64,000 nucleotides of DNA from Alphaproteobacteria bacterium UBA830. Lineage in GTDB: Bacteria > Pseudomonadota > Alphaproteobacteria > MPNO01 > UBA830. Made by a program: the position numbers and the translations under genes. Shown here piece by piece: positions 26,608 to 37,277 of the stretch (the stretch's first letter is position 1; every line of letters begins with the position of its first letter). Location: NCBI GenBank assembly GCA_905181725.1, contig CAJIYX010000005.1, positions 13,655 through 77,654 on the forward strand, in the 5' to 3' direction. The notes beneath the pieces are model-generated. The model had not been told where the DNA came from. It did not search any database and saw only the letters and a list, made by a program, of their open reading frames with translations.

Positions 26608-27567
26608 ATGGTCAGCCCCCAGAACGCCAGTTCACTGATCGAAGGATCTTTCGTCGCCCTTATCACGCCGATGAATGCCGACGGCACCATCGACTTCGAG
26701 GGCTTTCGCACCCTGATCCAGTTTCATGAGGAAAACGGCACGTCTGCGATCCTGTTCATGGGCTCGACCGGTGAAGTCTCAATGCTGAGTCAGGAAGAGC
26801 GCCACGCCATCGTGCGCAAAACCATGAAGTTCCGCAGCGGACGGATGCATTTCTATTACGGCTGCACCGGCACCACGACGGCGGGGACGATCGATTATGT
26901 GCGCCAGGCCGGCGCCGAGGGCGCGGACGGCGCCATCATCGCGGCCCCTGCCTATATCTGTGCATCGAACGCCGACATCGTGCAGTTCTGCCTCGATGTA
27001 GCCGACGCATCCACCATCCCGCTCGGCTTCTACAACAACCCGCCGCGGGTCGGCACCGACCTGAAGACCGAAGACCTGCTGCGCATCGCGGAGCATCCGC
27101 GCTTTACCGTGCTCAAGGAATCGACCACACGGGTCGGCCAGGTCGCACAGATCTGCGCGGCCAAGCCGAACATGTCGCTGATGTGCTGCTGCTCGCCCAA
27201 TCTCGGCCTTGTTGTGCCGATGATGGCGCTGGGCGGTCATGGTACGGCCAATATGACGGGTAATATCATCCCCGCCGAAATGGCCGTGATCTCCACCCCC
27301 TGGGTGACCAGTGACGATGCATTTGCCTGCCGCGAAGGGTGGCTGACCAATCTGCCGATTCTGCATTTTGCCTATTCGGCGATCAACCCGGTTGCGGTGA
27401 AAAGTCTGATGCGGGCCGTCGGCCTGCCGGCGGGACCGTTGCGGGCGCCGTTGCAGCAGCTTGATCCGGTTGCCCTACAGAAGGGGCTCGATATCTGCCG
27501 CGATCTCGGTCTCGACAAGAAATACGGCTACCGGCTGGATACGGCGACCGCCATTGCCGCCGAATAG
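26608..27567 (+). CDS. dihydrodipicolinate synthase/N-acetylneuraminate lyase family (class I aldolase)
   Basis: 319 aa with DapA-family layout (GSTGE, YNNP motifs). Confidence 0.8.
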   Translation: MVSPQNASSLIEGSFVALITPMNADGTIDFEGFRTLIQFHEENGTSAILFMGSTGEVSMLSQEERHAIVRKTMKFRSGRMHFYYGCTGTTTAGTIDYVRQAGAEGADGAIIAAPAYICASNADIVQFCLDVADASTIPLGFYNNPPRVGTDLKTEDLLRIAEHPRFTVLKESTTRVGQVAQICAAKPNMSLMCCCSPNLGLVVPMMALGGHGTANMTGNIIPAEMAVISTPWVTSDDAFACREGWLTNLPILHFAYSAINPVAVKSLMRAVGLPAGPLRAPLQQLDPVALQKGLDICRDLGLDKKYGYRLDTATAIAAE

Positions 27568-27588
27568 CGCCGCCGAATAAGCGGCCTT

Positions 27589-29214
27589 TCAGCCGGGCGT
27601 CAGCACACAATTAGCATAGTCGCTCTGGGTCTCGGCGTTGCACCGGGCGACATAAGGCGGCCACCCGCCGATATAGGGCGCGAAGGCGCGTGGTTTGCCT
27701 TCGACATTCGATCCCACGTACCAGGAATCACAGTTCGTGCGCAGCGATGCGTCGCCTGCGCGTTTGACCGCCGCCGACCATTCGGCCTCGGCTTCGAGCG
27801 TGGCATCTATCACGGCTTTGCCGTTATCGCGCATATATTCCAGACATTCGCCGACCCAGTCGCCGTGCTGTTCGGCGGACGTCACCATGGTTGCCAGCAC
27901 CGACGGGCTGCCGGCACTGACCATGTTGAACATATTGGGGAAGCCGGAAATCATCAGGCCGAGATAGGTTTTCGGCCCTTCGTCCCATTTCTCCTGAATG
28001 GTCTGGCCGTCTTTGCCGGTGATCTTGATCCGCGTGACGCTGCCGGTCATGGCATCGAACCCAGTGGCATAAATGATGGTATCCAGATCGTAATCGACGC
28101 CTCCGGCCCGCAAGCCGCCGGGGGTGAGGCGCTCAATACCCTTGTTGCGGACATCGACCAGCGTGACGTTGTCGCGGTTGAACGTCTCGTAATAACCGGT
28201 GCCGGCGCACAGGCGTTTGCAGCCGAATTCCTCGTCTGGTGTCAGCAGCGCGGCAACCTTCGGGTCGTCGATGATCTCGTCGATCCGGCTGCGCCAGTAA
28301 TCGATACATGCCTGGTTGGCGTCGTCGTTGAACAGGATGTCGTTGAAAGCGCCGAGGAACGGCAGGCCGCCGATATTCCAGAATTCGTCAAACCGGGCAC
28401 GGCGTTCGTCCGGCGCCAGATCGAAAACGGAATCATCATGACGTTTAAACAGGAACGCGGTCAGCCCGGCATAGGCCTTGGCGCGAAATCCCTTGTAGTC
28501 GGATTTAATGTCTGCGACTTCCGCCGCTGAAAGCGGCCGGTTTTGCGCCGGTACGACGAAATTCGGTGTGCGCTGATAGAGGTATACATGCGCGGCGTCT
28601 TCGGCGATTAGCGGCGCTGACTGGATGGCCGACGACCCGACACCGATGATGCCGACGCGCTTGCCGGTGAAATCCACGGGCTCTTTCGGCCATAGACTTG
28701 TCTGATAGGTCTCTCCGGCGAAGGTGCCTTCGCCGTCGAATGTCGGTTTGATCGGGGCGGACAGGCAGCCGACTCCCATGATGAAATAGCGTGCCCGCAA
28801 CGTGACGCCACGGTCGGTTTCCACTGCCCATTCATTGGCGGCCTCGTCGAATGTGGCAGCCTCTATGCGGGTGTCGAACTGAATGTCGCGCCGCAGTTCG
28901 AACCGTTCGGTCACGTGTTCGATATAAGACAGAATTTCGGGCTGCGATGCGTAGCGTTCCTTCCATTCCCACTCCTGCTGCAGCTCTTCGGAAAACTGAT
29001 AAGAATACTGCATGCTTTCGATATCGCAGCGCGCGCCGGGATAGCGGTTCCAGTACCAGGTGCCGCCGACATTTGACGCACCATCGACGAGACGTGCAGT
29101 GAAGCCCTTCTGGCGCAGCACATGCAGCATGTAGAGACCGGTGAAACCAGCGCCCACAATGATCGCGTCGAACCGGTCGCCCGGCAGGATTTCAGCTTTC
29201 TCGTCTAATGTCAT
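27589..29214 (-). CDS. type I Baeyer-Villiger / flavin-containing monooxygenase
   Basis: 541 aa with two Rossmann motifs (GAGFTGL, GVGSSAIQ) and a BVMO fingerprint region FAGETYQTSLWP. Confidence 0.85.
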   Translation of the reverse strand: MTLDEKAEILPGDRFDAIIVGAGFTGLYMLHVLRQKGFTARLVDGASNVGGTWYWNRYPGARCDIESMQYSYQFSEELQQEWEWKERYASQPEILSYIEHVTERFELRRDIQFDTRIEAATFDEAANEWAVETDRGVTLRARYFIMGVGCLSAPIKPTFDGEGTFAGETYQTSLWPKEPVDFTGKRVGIIGVGSSAIQSAPLIAEDAAHVYLYQRTPNFVVPAQNRPLSAAEVADIKSDYKGFRAKAYAGLTAFLFKRHDDSVFDLAPDERRARFDEFWNIGGLPFLGAFNDILFNDDANQACIDYWRSRIDEIIDDPKVAALLTPDEEFGCKRLCAGTGYYETFNRDNVTLVDVRNKGIERLTPGGLRAGGVDYDLDTIIYATGFDAMTGSVTRIKITGKDGQTIQEKWDEGPKTYLGLMISGFPNMFNMVSAGSPSVLATMVTSAEQHGDWVGECLEYMRDNGKAVIDATLEAEAEWSAAVKRAGDASLRTNCDSWYVGSNVEGKPRAFAPYIGGWPPYVARCNAETQSDYANCVLTPG

Positions 29215-29354
29215 GCGCCATGTCCAACTTGCGCCGTGAGGCGGTTAATCATTCGATATCTTCGAGTATAACGGTGTTCATCAGGCTGACAAACCTCGTG
29301 ATTTCCTGGCATGCAATGCTTTATGTGGGGCGGGCCATACATCATAGTTTAGAA

Positions 29355-29366
29355 TGATTATAATCA
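29355..29366. promoter_or_regulatory. 12-bp perfect palindrome TGATTATAATCA upstream of katG (Fur/PerR-box-like)
   Basis: An AT-rich palindrome about 75 nt upstream of the katG RBS, in the divergent BVMO-katG intergenic region. It resembles the TGATAAT-n-ATTATCA type of Fur-family boxes. Confidence 0.35.
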
Positions 29367-29441
29367 ACTTGCATTCTCGGCGGGCGTCCCTATATTTGAA
29401 TTGTTCCAAACTCACTTCTGCACCTCGACGGGAGAGACACT

Positions 29442-31597
<2,156 letters not shown>

Positions 31598-31643
31598 TTT
31601 CCGGCGAATGACGTCCGATGTTTGACGGGCGCCACAAAGACGA

Positions 31644-31682
31644 AAGGCGGCGTTTCACCCCAGGTGGAACGCCGCCTTTTTT
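31644..31682. terminator. bidirectional rho-independent-type hairpin
   Basis: aaaggcggcgtt-(loop)-aacgccgcctttttt between convergent katG and the isochorismatase-family gene. Confidence 0.7.
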
Positions 31683-31697
31683 GATTGGGTAGAGGTG

Positions 31698-32369
31698 TTA
31701 TTCCGCTGCAGCCGCTGCCGCGCCAGCGTTCCCCGCCCATATCCCCAGCACTTCGTCGCTTTCCGGCACATAGCCGAAGATCTGTTCGACCGTCTTGATC
31801 GATGCTTCATGCAAATAGGCATTGGCGCTGCCGACGCAGTCCGGCGGCATGACGATGTAATAACCGTGGAAGAACGCCTCGCGCAGGGTGGATTCCACGC
31901 ACACATTGGTGGCGACCCCGGTCATCACCAGCGACTTGATGCCGCGGCGGCGCAGGATGTCGTCCATCTGGGTGTTGTGAAATGCCGAATAGCAGCGCTT
32001 TTCGACCACCTGTTCGCCGTCAACCGGTCCGATCTCGTAGAAATCTGCCCCCCAGGAACCGGATGCGCAGCAGACAGCGCCTTTGCCCTTTGCCAGCATC
32101 TTGGTCAGCATCGGCGCGGGCAGCAGGTCATGGTCATAGATCGCCTTGATCCAGACCACCATCACGCCGATATCGCGCGCGGCTTCGACCAGCTTGCCGA
32201 TGCGGGCGGCGAGCGGTTTGTTGCCACTCATGTCGACGCCCTGGGCATTGTGAATATAGCCGTTCTCGGCGCAGAAATCGTTCTGCATATCGACGACGAC
32301 AAGAGCCGTATGTGCAGGGTCGAGCATTTCGCCGAGCCCATTCAGCTGGCCTTCATGTGTATCAGACAT
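31698..32369 (-). CDS. isochorismatase-family cysteine hydrolase (amidase-like)
   Basis: 223 aa with the VVVDMQNDF motif and a conserved Cys region (VATNVCVEST). It overlaps the ligB-like stop by 8 nt. Confidence 0.85.
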   Translation of the reverse strand: MSDTHEGQLNGLGEMLDPAHTALVVVDMQNDFCAENGYIHNAQGVDMSGNKPLAARIGKLVEAARDIGVMVVWIKAIYDHDLLPAPMLTKMLAKGKGAVCCASGSWGADFYEIGPVDGEQVVEKRCYSAFHNTQMDDILRRRGIKSLVMTGVATNVCVESTLREAFFHGYYIVMPPDCVGSANAYLHEASIKTVEQIFGYVPESDEVLGIWAGNAGAAAAAAE

Positions 32370-33222
32370 TCGCTGTCTCCTTATCCATTTCCCAGTAAAT
32401 GCAGCCCATCCCGCAGCGCAGCGCGACGGAGGGTTCGTAACAGATTGTCTTTGCGGGGCGGGTGCCGACGGCGCCCATGGTGGCGATCCACGCGATCAGC
32501 TCCGACGTGCCGCCATCGCCCGCCGCGATCATTTTTTCCATGGTGCATTCGCGTAGCACCTTTTCGGGGTCGCCTTCTTCGAGTAGGCCTAAAAACCAGC
32601 GGTCGAATTCCTCGTCGACGTCGAAATATTTCGGTCCGCCCGGATCGTGGCTCAATCCCCCCGTGCCCATGAACGCGACGCGCAGGCCGTCGGGCAGCTC
32701 GTTCTCGATGATTTCCTTCACCGCGAGCCCGAATGCATAGCAATGCTGCGACGACGGCACCGGCGGCACCACGCAGTTCATGTGGATCGGCACCAGCGGG
32801 ATATCGTAATCCGGCGTCAGGTATTTCAATGGCACCGACCAGTTATCGTCGAACAGTAGATCCGACTTGGAGGTCGTATCGAAACCGCGCGCGCCCAGGC
32901 CTTCGAACAGCTTGCGCGCGATCGCCGATGCGCCTTGCACGGTATAGGGGTCGACATTTATCCAGTCGCGGAACCACTCGGCCGGCCCGGACCATGTTTC
33001 CGCCGTGCCGACGCAGAAATCGTGCAGATCGTGCAGCGGCATGTTGAGAACGTGATCGTTGGCGATGCCGATGATGAGATCGGGTTTCGATGCACGCAGC
33101 AGCTCGCCCAGCTTGTTGAAGCCGTCGGTCAGGCTTTTCTGTTCATGTTCGGGTGCCTGGTCGAGCCAGCCGGTCAGGCCCGGCGCGTGGCTGAGCCCAG
33201 TTGCAAAGACAAGTTCGGCCAT
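32362..33222 (-). CDS. class III extradiol ring-cleavage dioxygenase, LigB-type catalytic subunit
   Basis: 286 aa with N-terminal GLSHAPG and LigB-family layout. It is coupled to the small LigA-like ORF upstream. Confidence 0.8.
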   Translation of the reverse strand: MAELVFATGLSHAPGLTGWLDQAPEHEQKSLTDGFNKLGELLRASKPDLIIGIANDHVLNMPLHDLHDFCVGTAETWSGPAEWFRDWINVDPYTVQGASAIARKLFEGLGARGFDTTSKSDLLFDDNWSVPLKYLTPDYDIPLVPIHMNCVVPPVPSSQHCYAFGLAVKEIIENELPDGLRVAFMGTGGLSHDPGGPKYFDVDEEFDRWFLGLLEEGDPEKVLRECTMEKMIAAGDGGTSELIAWIATMGAVGTRPAKTICYEPSVALRCGMGCIYWEMDKETANV

Positions 33223-33533
33223 TAGCGGGTTTTCCCTTTTCCTTCGACGACGCTTTTGCCGTAGGCCTGCGCCGAGGGCGAATTGTTGTGGTTATAGGCG
33301 CCGCCGTGAAACAGCCGCGATACCTGGGGGAGGAAATAGGGGTGCACCCCTAGTTCGCCGAGGCGCTTGATGTCCAGATCGCGGAACGCCTGGCATTCGT
33401 CTTCCGACAGGCCGTATTCCGCCATCAGGGTCTCAAAGTTATCGGCAAAATTGGTGTATTTCGCCGGGTCGCGGCGTGCATCGAAAATCATCCGGTTCGA
33501 CGGCAGCTCGCGCTTTACGTCAGCGACAGGCAT
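33222..33533 (-). CDS. LigA-type small subunit of extradiol dioxygenase
   Basis: ORF 33222-33593 trimmed to the ATG at 33531-33533, behind a GAGGGAGAG RBS. YGLSEDECQAFRDLDIKRLGELGVHPYF is typical of LigA-family subunits. Confidence 0.7.
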   Translation of the reverse strand: MPVADVKRELPSNRMIFDARRDPAKYTNFADNFETLMAEYGLSEDECQAFRDLDIKRLGELGVHPYFLPQVSRLFHGGAYNHNNSPSAQAYGKSVVEGKGKTR

Positions 33534-33607
33534 CTCTTCTCTCCCTCGTTTCACACGTTGGGGTAACGCGGTACTCTTATCCGAGCATAACAACGAAAGT
33601 TGCCGGG

Positions 33608-34240
33608 ATGAAACCGTTCTTCGAAACCGTGATGGCCCCCGCGACCGGCTGGGCCGATGCGATCAAAACCGGCCAGCGCCTGCGCGTGACCGATCTTGAA
33701 GGTCTGCAGGTTGTCGATATGGCGGTGTTCAACGCGCAGAACGTGCGCGAAAAACTGTCGACGTCCTATTCGCGCTCGCGTGCCGGGACAGAGAGACTGG
33801 GGGGCGAGGACGGGCTCCATCCGCGCGACCGTCTGTTCGAAGGCGATTTTCTGATGTCGACCATCAATAACGAGATCATGCGCATCACCGCCGATACGGC
33901 AGATGTCAAAGGCATGCACGATGTTCACGGCCGCATGTGCAACCGCCATCTCTATGCCGCGATGGGTGCCGGCGAAAAGGACGGCTGCCACGAGATTATT
34001 TCCGGCGTCGTCGCCCCGTAGGATCTAAGGCCGGAAGACATTCCCGATACGATCGACCTGTTCATGAACTTTCATCACGACTGCACGCAGGGCTGGTGGG
34101 TGCTCGAAGACGGCGTGTCGAAACCGGGCGACTATATCGAATTCGAGGCACTGATGGATTGCGTGGTCGCGCTGTCCAACTGCCCATTCTATCGCGGCAC
34201 GCCGATGAAAGTTGAGATATTCGAGGTAGACGCAACATGA
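33608..34240 (+). pseudogene. DUF1989 (urea-carboxylase-associated) family protein interrupted by one in-frame TAG
   Basis: The ATG at 33608 opens MKPFFETVMAPATGWADAIKTGQRLRVTDLEG...ISGVVAP-TAG(34019-21). The same frame continues DLRPEDIPDTIDLFMNFHHDCTQGWWVLEDGVSKPGDYIEFEALMDCVVALSNCPF...*(34238-40). The full length is 633 nt and stays in frame. Confidence 0.7.
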
Positions 34241-34998
34241 ACCGGGGTTCGATGTGCCCGGGTTCGGTGCGCAGGCGCGCGCGGACCGGGTGTGCGCCGC
34301 CGTCTCGGCGATGTGCGATATCGGCCCGCGCGACACCCTGGAAGGTATGCTCGCCGCCCAGATGATCGCGGTCCATTCGGCGGCGCTCGACAGCCTGCGC
34401 CGTGCCGCCGAACCGGCCGCCGCCGACTTGCGCCACGCCGCCCGCCTGCTCAGCGTCTTCCAGCGTCAGATGTGGGTGCGCGACGACCGCCGCAACCCGG
34501 TCCTCGCCCGCAGCCTCACTGGACGCCACGACCCCGATGCCCCCGGGCGTTCGCCCGGCGCCCGGGTCGCTCCCGCCGCGCGGGTTGCGCCCGCCCGGAA
34601 AATGTTCCGGGAGCGGACGTGTTTAACGGGACGGACGGCGGGTCGTGACGGCGTCTCGGGCTGTGGGAAGGGGCAATGCGGCGCGGTTGGTTGCGGTCTG
34701 CCGCGCTACCGGGTGCATTGGTGGCACCATCGGGTCCGGCGCGCCGCGCGGTAGCTGTAACGCGCTGCGGGACGGGTTTCACACCGCCTCTGCCCCGGCT
34801 GGAACAGTGCGCTCGGTGGCGAAGCTGCCGGAGACGGAGTGACGGAGATTCCGCTGTTCGTTGGGGCCCTTCGGGTGCATGGGGTTGTTTTGCGCATTTT
34901 CCAACGCGCGCCTGCTCCGGTCGTAACCACATGCCGCCCATTGACGGCGGCAGGATGAGAGAACACTCTTTTAGGAAATCAACGGGAGGGAAAACACC

Positions 34999-35778
34999 AT
35001 GGCAATCGCCGCAATCAAGGAAGACATCTCGGTTCGGGACCAGGTCAGCGCCGAGGAATGGAAAACCCGGGTTGATCTCGCCTGCGCCTATCGGCTGATC
35101 GCGCATTATTACGTTAGCGATCTGACCTACAACCACCTGTCGGTCCGGGTGCCGGGCGAAGACAACACGATCCTGATCAAGCCGTTCGATATCATGTTCG
35201 AGGAAGTCACCGCCTCGAACCTGCTGAAATACGACTATGACGGCAGCCCGATCACCGCCGGCGCGCCCAAGCTCAAAGGCGGCGGGCTGATCATCCATGC
35301 GGGCCTGTTAAAGGAACGCACCGATATCAACGTCGTGTTCCACACCCATACCGCGGCCAATATGGGCGTGTCGTCCCAGAAATGGGGGCTCCTCACGATC
35401 AACCAGCACGCCATGCGGTTCCACAATCGCATCGCCTATCACGCATTCAAGGGTTTCGAGTTCAACCTGTTCATGCGCGACCCGCTGCTCAAGGATATCG
35501 AGGGCTACAAGGTGGCGCTGCTGCGCAATCACGGCTCGCTGGTGCTCGGCGACACGATCCCCGAAGCCTTCGTGATGCACCATTTCCTCGAATTCGCCTG
35601 CCGCGGCCAGATCGCGGCCCTGTCGGCGGGCTACGAGAACCTGAACTTCCCGGACGAGGAAGCCTGCGAATTCGCCGCCGCCCAGGTGGTGAAGGAAGGC
35701 GATAATCTCGTCGGCGGCAAAGACTGGCCCGCTTGCCTGCGCATGGCGGAACGGCTGTTCCCGGAGTTCATGGAATAG
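34999..35778 (+). CDS. class II aldolase/adducin-domain protein
   Basis: 259 aa with the VVFHTHT metal-binding motif and a GGGAGGG RBS. Confidence 0.85.
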   Translation: MAIAAIKEDISVRDQVSAEEWKTRVDLACAYRLIAHYYVSDLTYNHLSVRVPGEDNTILIKPFDIMFEEVTASNLLKYDYDGSPITAGAPKLKGGGLIIHAGLLKERTDINVVFHTHTAANMGVSSQKWGLLTINQHAMRFHNRIAYHAFKGFEFNLFMRDPLLKDIEGYKVALLRNHGSLVLGDTIPEAFVMHHFLEFACRGQIAALSAGYENLNFPDEEACEFAAAQVVKEGDNLVGGKDWPACLRMAERLFPEFME

Positions 35779-35863
35779 AGCGTTCTTTTCCGGTGACAGA
35801 ATAAACACCAAGTCTCCAAGGACGCCAAGTTCACGGAGAGGCCTTTTGTTTGCCCTATAAACT

Positions 35864-36006
35864 GTCACCCCGGCCTTGTGCCAAGGCCCGGTCTTACTTC
35901 TTTTCCTAAGTATCAGTCTGGATCCCGGAATAAATCCGGGATGACAATCGTGTTTGGGTGGCTTTTCAGAACATCCCCGTCTGGTTATTCCCGCGAAGGC
36001 GGGAAT
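35864..36006. repeat. cluster of three REP-like hairpin units
   Basis: gtcaccccggccttgtgccaaggcccggtc (35864-93), gatcccggaataaatccgggatgac (35921-45) and attcccgcgaaggcgggaat (35987-36006). The ORF-track peptides here (e.g. VIPAKAGI) are translations of the repeat. Confidence 0.6.
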
Positions 36007-36019
36007 CGCCTATGGGATG

Positions 36020-36739
36020 TCAGGCCTCCATGAGCCGCCCGTACCCCGTCGGCATATCGTCGATGCCGAGTTTCTTGAGCGCGTGCCACACCATGGCCTG
36101 GTTCGACGTCACCACCGGTTTGCCGATATCGGCCTCGATCGCGTCGATGGCCTCGACGGCGCGGATGGCGGTGCAGCTGAGGAAGGCGGCATGTGACTCC
36201 GGCTCGTCCTGATCGTTTACCCGGCGGCGCCATTCTTCGGGCTCCACGGCCAGCATCGCGCCACCGTCGCCGGTGATGCCAAGGCCGGTTTCGGACAGCA
36301 CGTCCACGCTGTGCGATTTCAGGAACACGATTTCGCGGTCATTGGTCGCCTGAATATAGGGCGTGGTCAGGGTGATCTTTTTAGCATCGAATTTCTCGAA
36401 CGCTTCGATGCAGCCCTTCGATGTTGACGTTGCAGGTTTGCCTGTAGCCGCCTCGATGCGCTCGATGATCCCGTCATCGAAACCCGGTGCGAACATGGAT
36501 GCCGCCGTGCAGTGAAACACGATCAGGTCAACATCGGCATCGGCGAGCATCACGGCGCCGCGCTCGACGTCCTCGACCATCTCGTTGATGTGTTCTTCCT
36601 TGCTCGATAGCAGGCGAAGCCGCGTCGTGTGGAGTGCGACCCCCTGGGGCAGCATCTCCGTGATCTGCGGTTCGGCCGCCCGGTTGACCGAGGGCAGTAG
36701 CATGCCTATGCGGGCGCGGTCTCCGTAATTGGCTGCCAT
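36020..36739 (-). CDS. maleate cis-trans isomerase / arylmalonate decarboxylase family (Asp/Glu racemase superfamily)
   Basis: 239 aa with two catalytic-Cys regions (VFHCTAASM, FLSCTAIRA) typical of this family. Confidence 0.75.
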   Translation of the reverse strand: MAANYGDRARIGMLLPSVNRAAEPQITEMLPQGVALHTTRLRLLSSKEEHINEMVEDVERGAVMLADADVDLIVFHCTAASMFAPGFDDGIIERIEAATGKPATSTSKGCIEAFEKFDAKKITLTTPYIQATNDREIVFLKSHSVDVLSETGLGITGDGGAMLAVEPEEWRRRVNDQDEPESHAAFLSCTAIRAVEAIDAIEADIGKPVVTSNQAMVWHALKKLGIDDMPTGYGRLMEA

Positions 36740-36743
36740 GGGC

Positions 36744-37181
36744 TCAGACCTTTCCGATGTAATCGGCCATGTTGGGCTGGCCGGAAATCTTGTCGATTGA
36801 CGGGTCCATGTGGACCCAGGGCAGGGCGCTGTCAGCCCAGATGTTCAGCTTCACCGGCACCCAGGACGGGTCGTCCAGAGTGCCCGCATAGACCACCCGG
36901 ATCTGCGGCCGCGCGCTCGGTACTGAAAACAGCGACGTGCCGCAATCGCTGCAGAAATTAAGCACGAGTTCGTTGCCGCTATCCGCTGAGCGCGTGCGTG
37001 ATGCGGGCGTGCCCTGTTCGATCACCAGGTTCTCCGTCGGGATCTGCAGGTTCAGCCCGAACGCGCTCGACGTGCGGCGCTGGCATTCGGTGCAGTGGCA
37101 GAGATACGAGATCAGCGGTTCGCTGGTAACAGTGTAGCGGATCGCGCCGCAACCGCAGCCGCCGGAATAGGGTGCCATCAT
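36744..37181 (-). CDS. GFA family protein (glutathione-dependent formaldehyde-activating enzyme fold)
   Basis: 145 aa with GGCGCGAIRY and CHCTECQRRTSSAF zinc-Cys motifs. Confidence 0.8.
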   Translation of the reverse strand: MMAPYSGGCGCGAIRYTVTSEPLISYLCHCTECQRRTSSAFGLNLQIPTENLVIEQGTPASRTRSADSGNELVLNFCSDCGTSLFSVPSARPQIRVVYAGTLDDPSWVPVKLNIWADSALPWVHMDPSIDKISGQPNMADYIGKV

Positions 37182-37277
37182 GGGTGTGCTCCTGTGTTCA
37201 AGTAGGCTTTTATTTGAGAAGAGATATTAGGGTGTGGGGTGGCTTTACGAAACGGATTATTGCGATACACTTTACCC

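Noticed and set aside
35954-36233. ORFs of 80-84 aa overlapping the 3' end of the maleate-isomerase-like gene and the REP cluster.
   Set aside because: The peptides (for example LVIPAKAGIAYG) are translations of the repeat units and of the antisense strand of a real gene.
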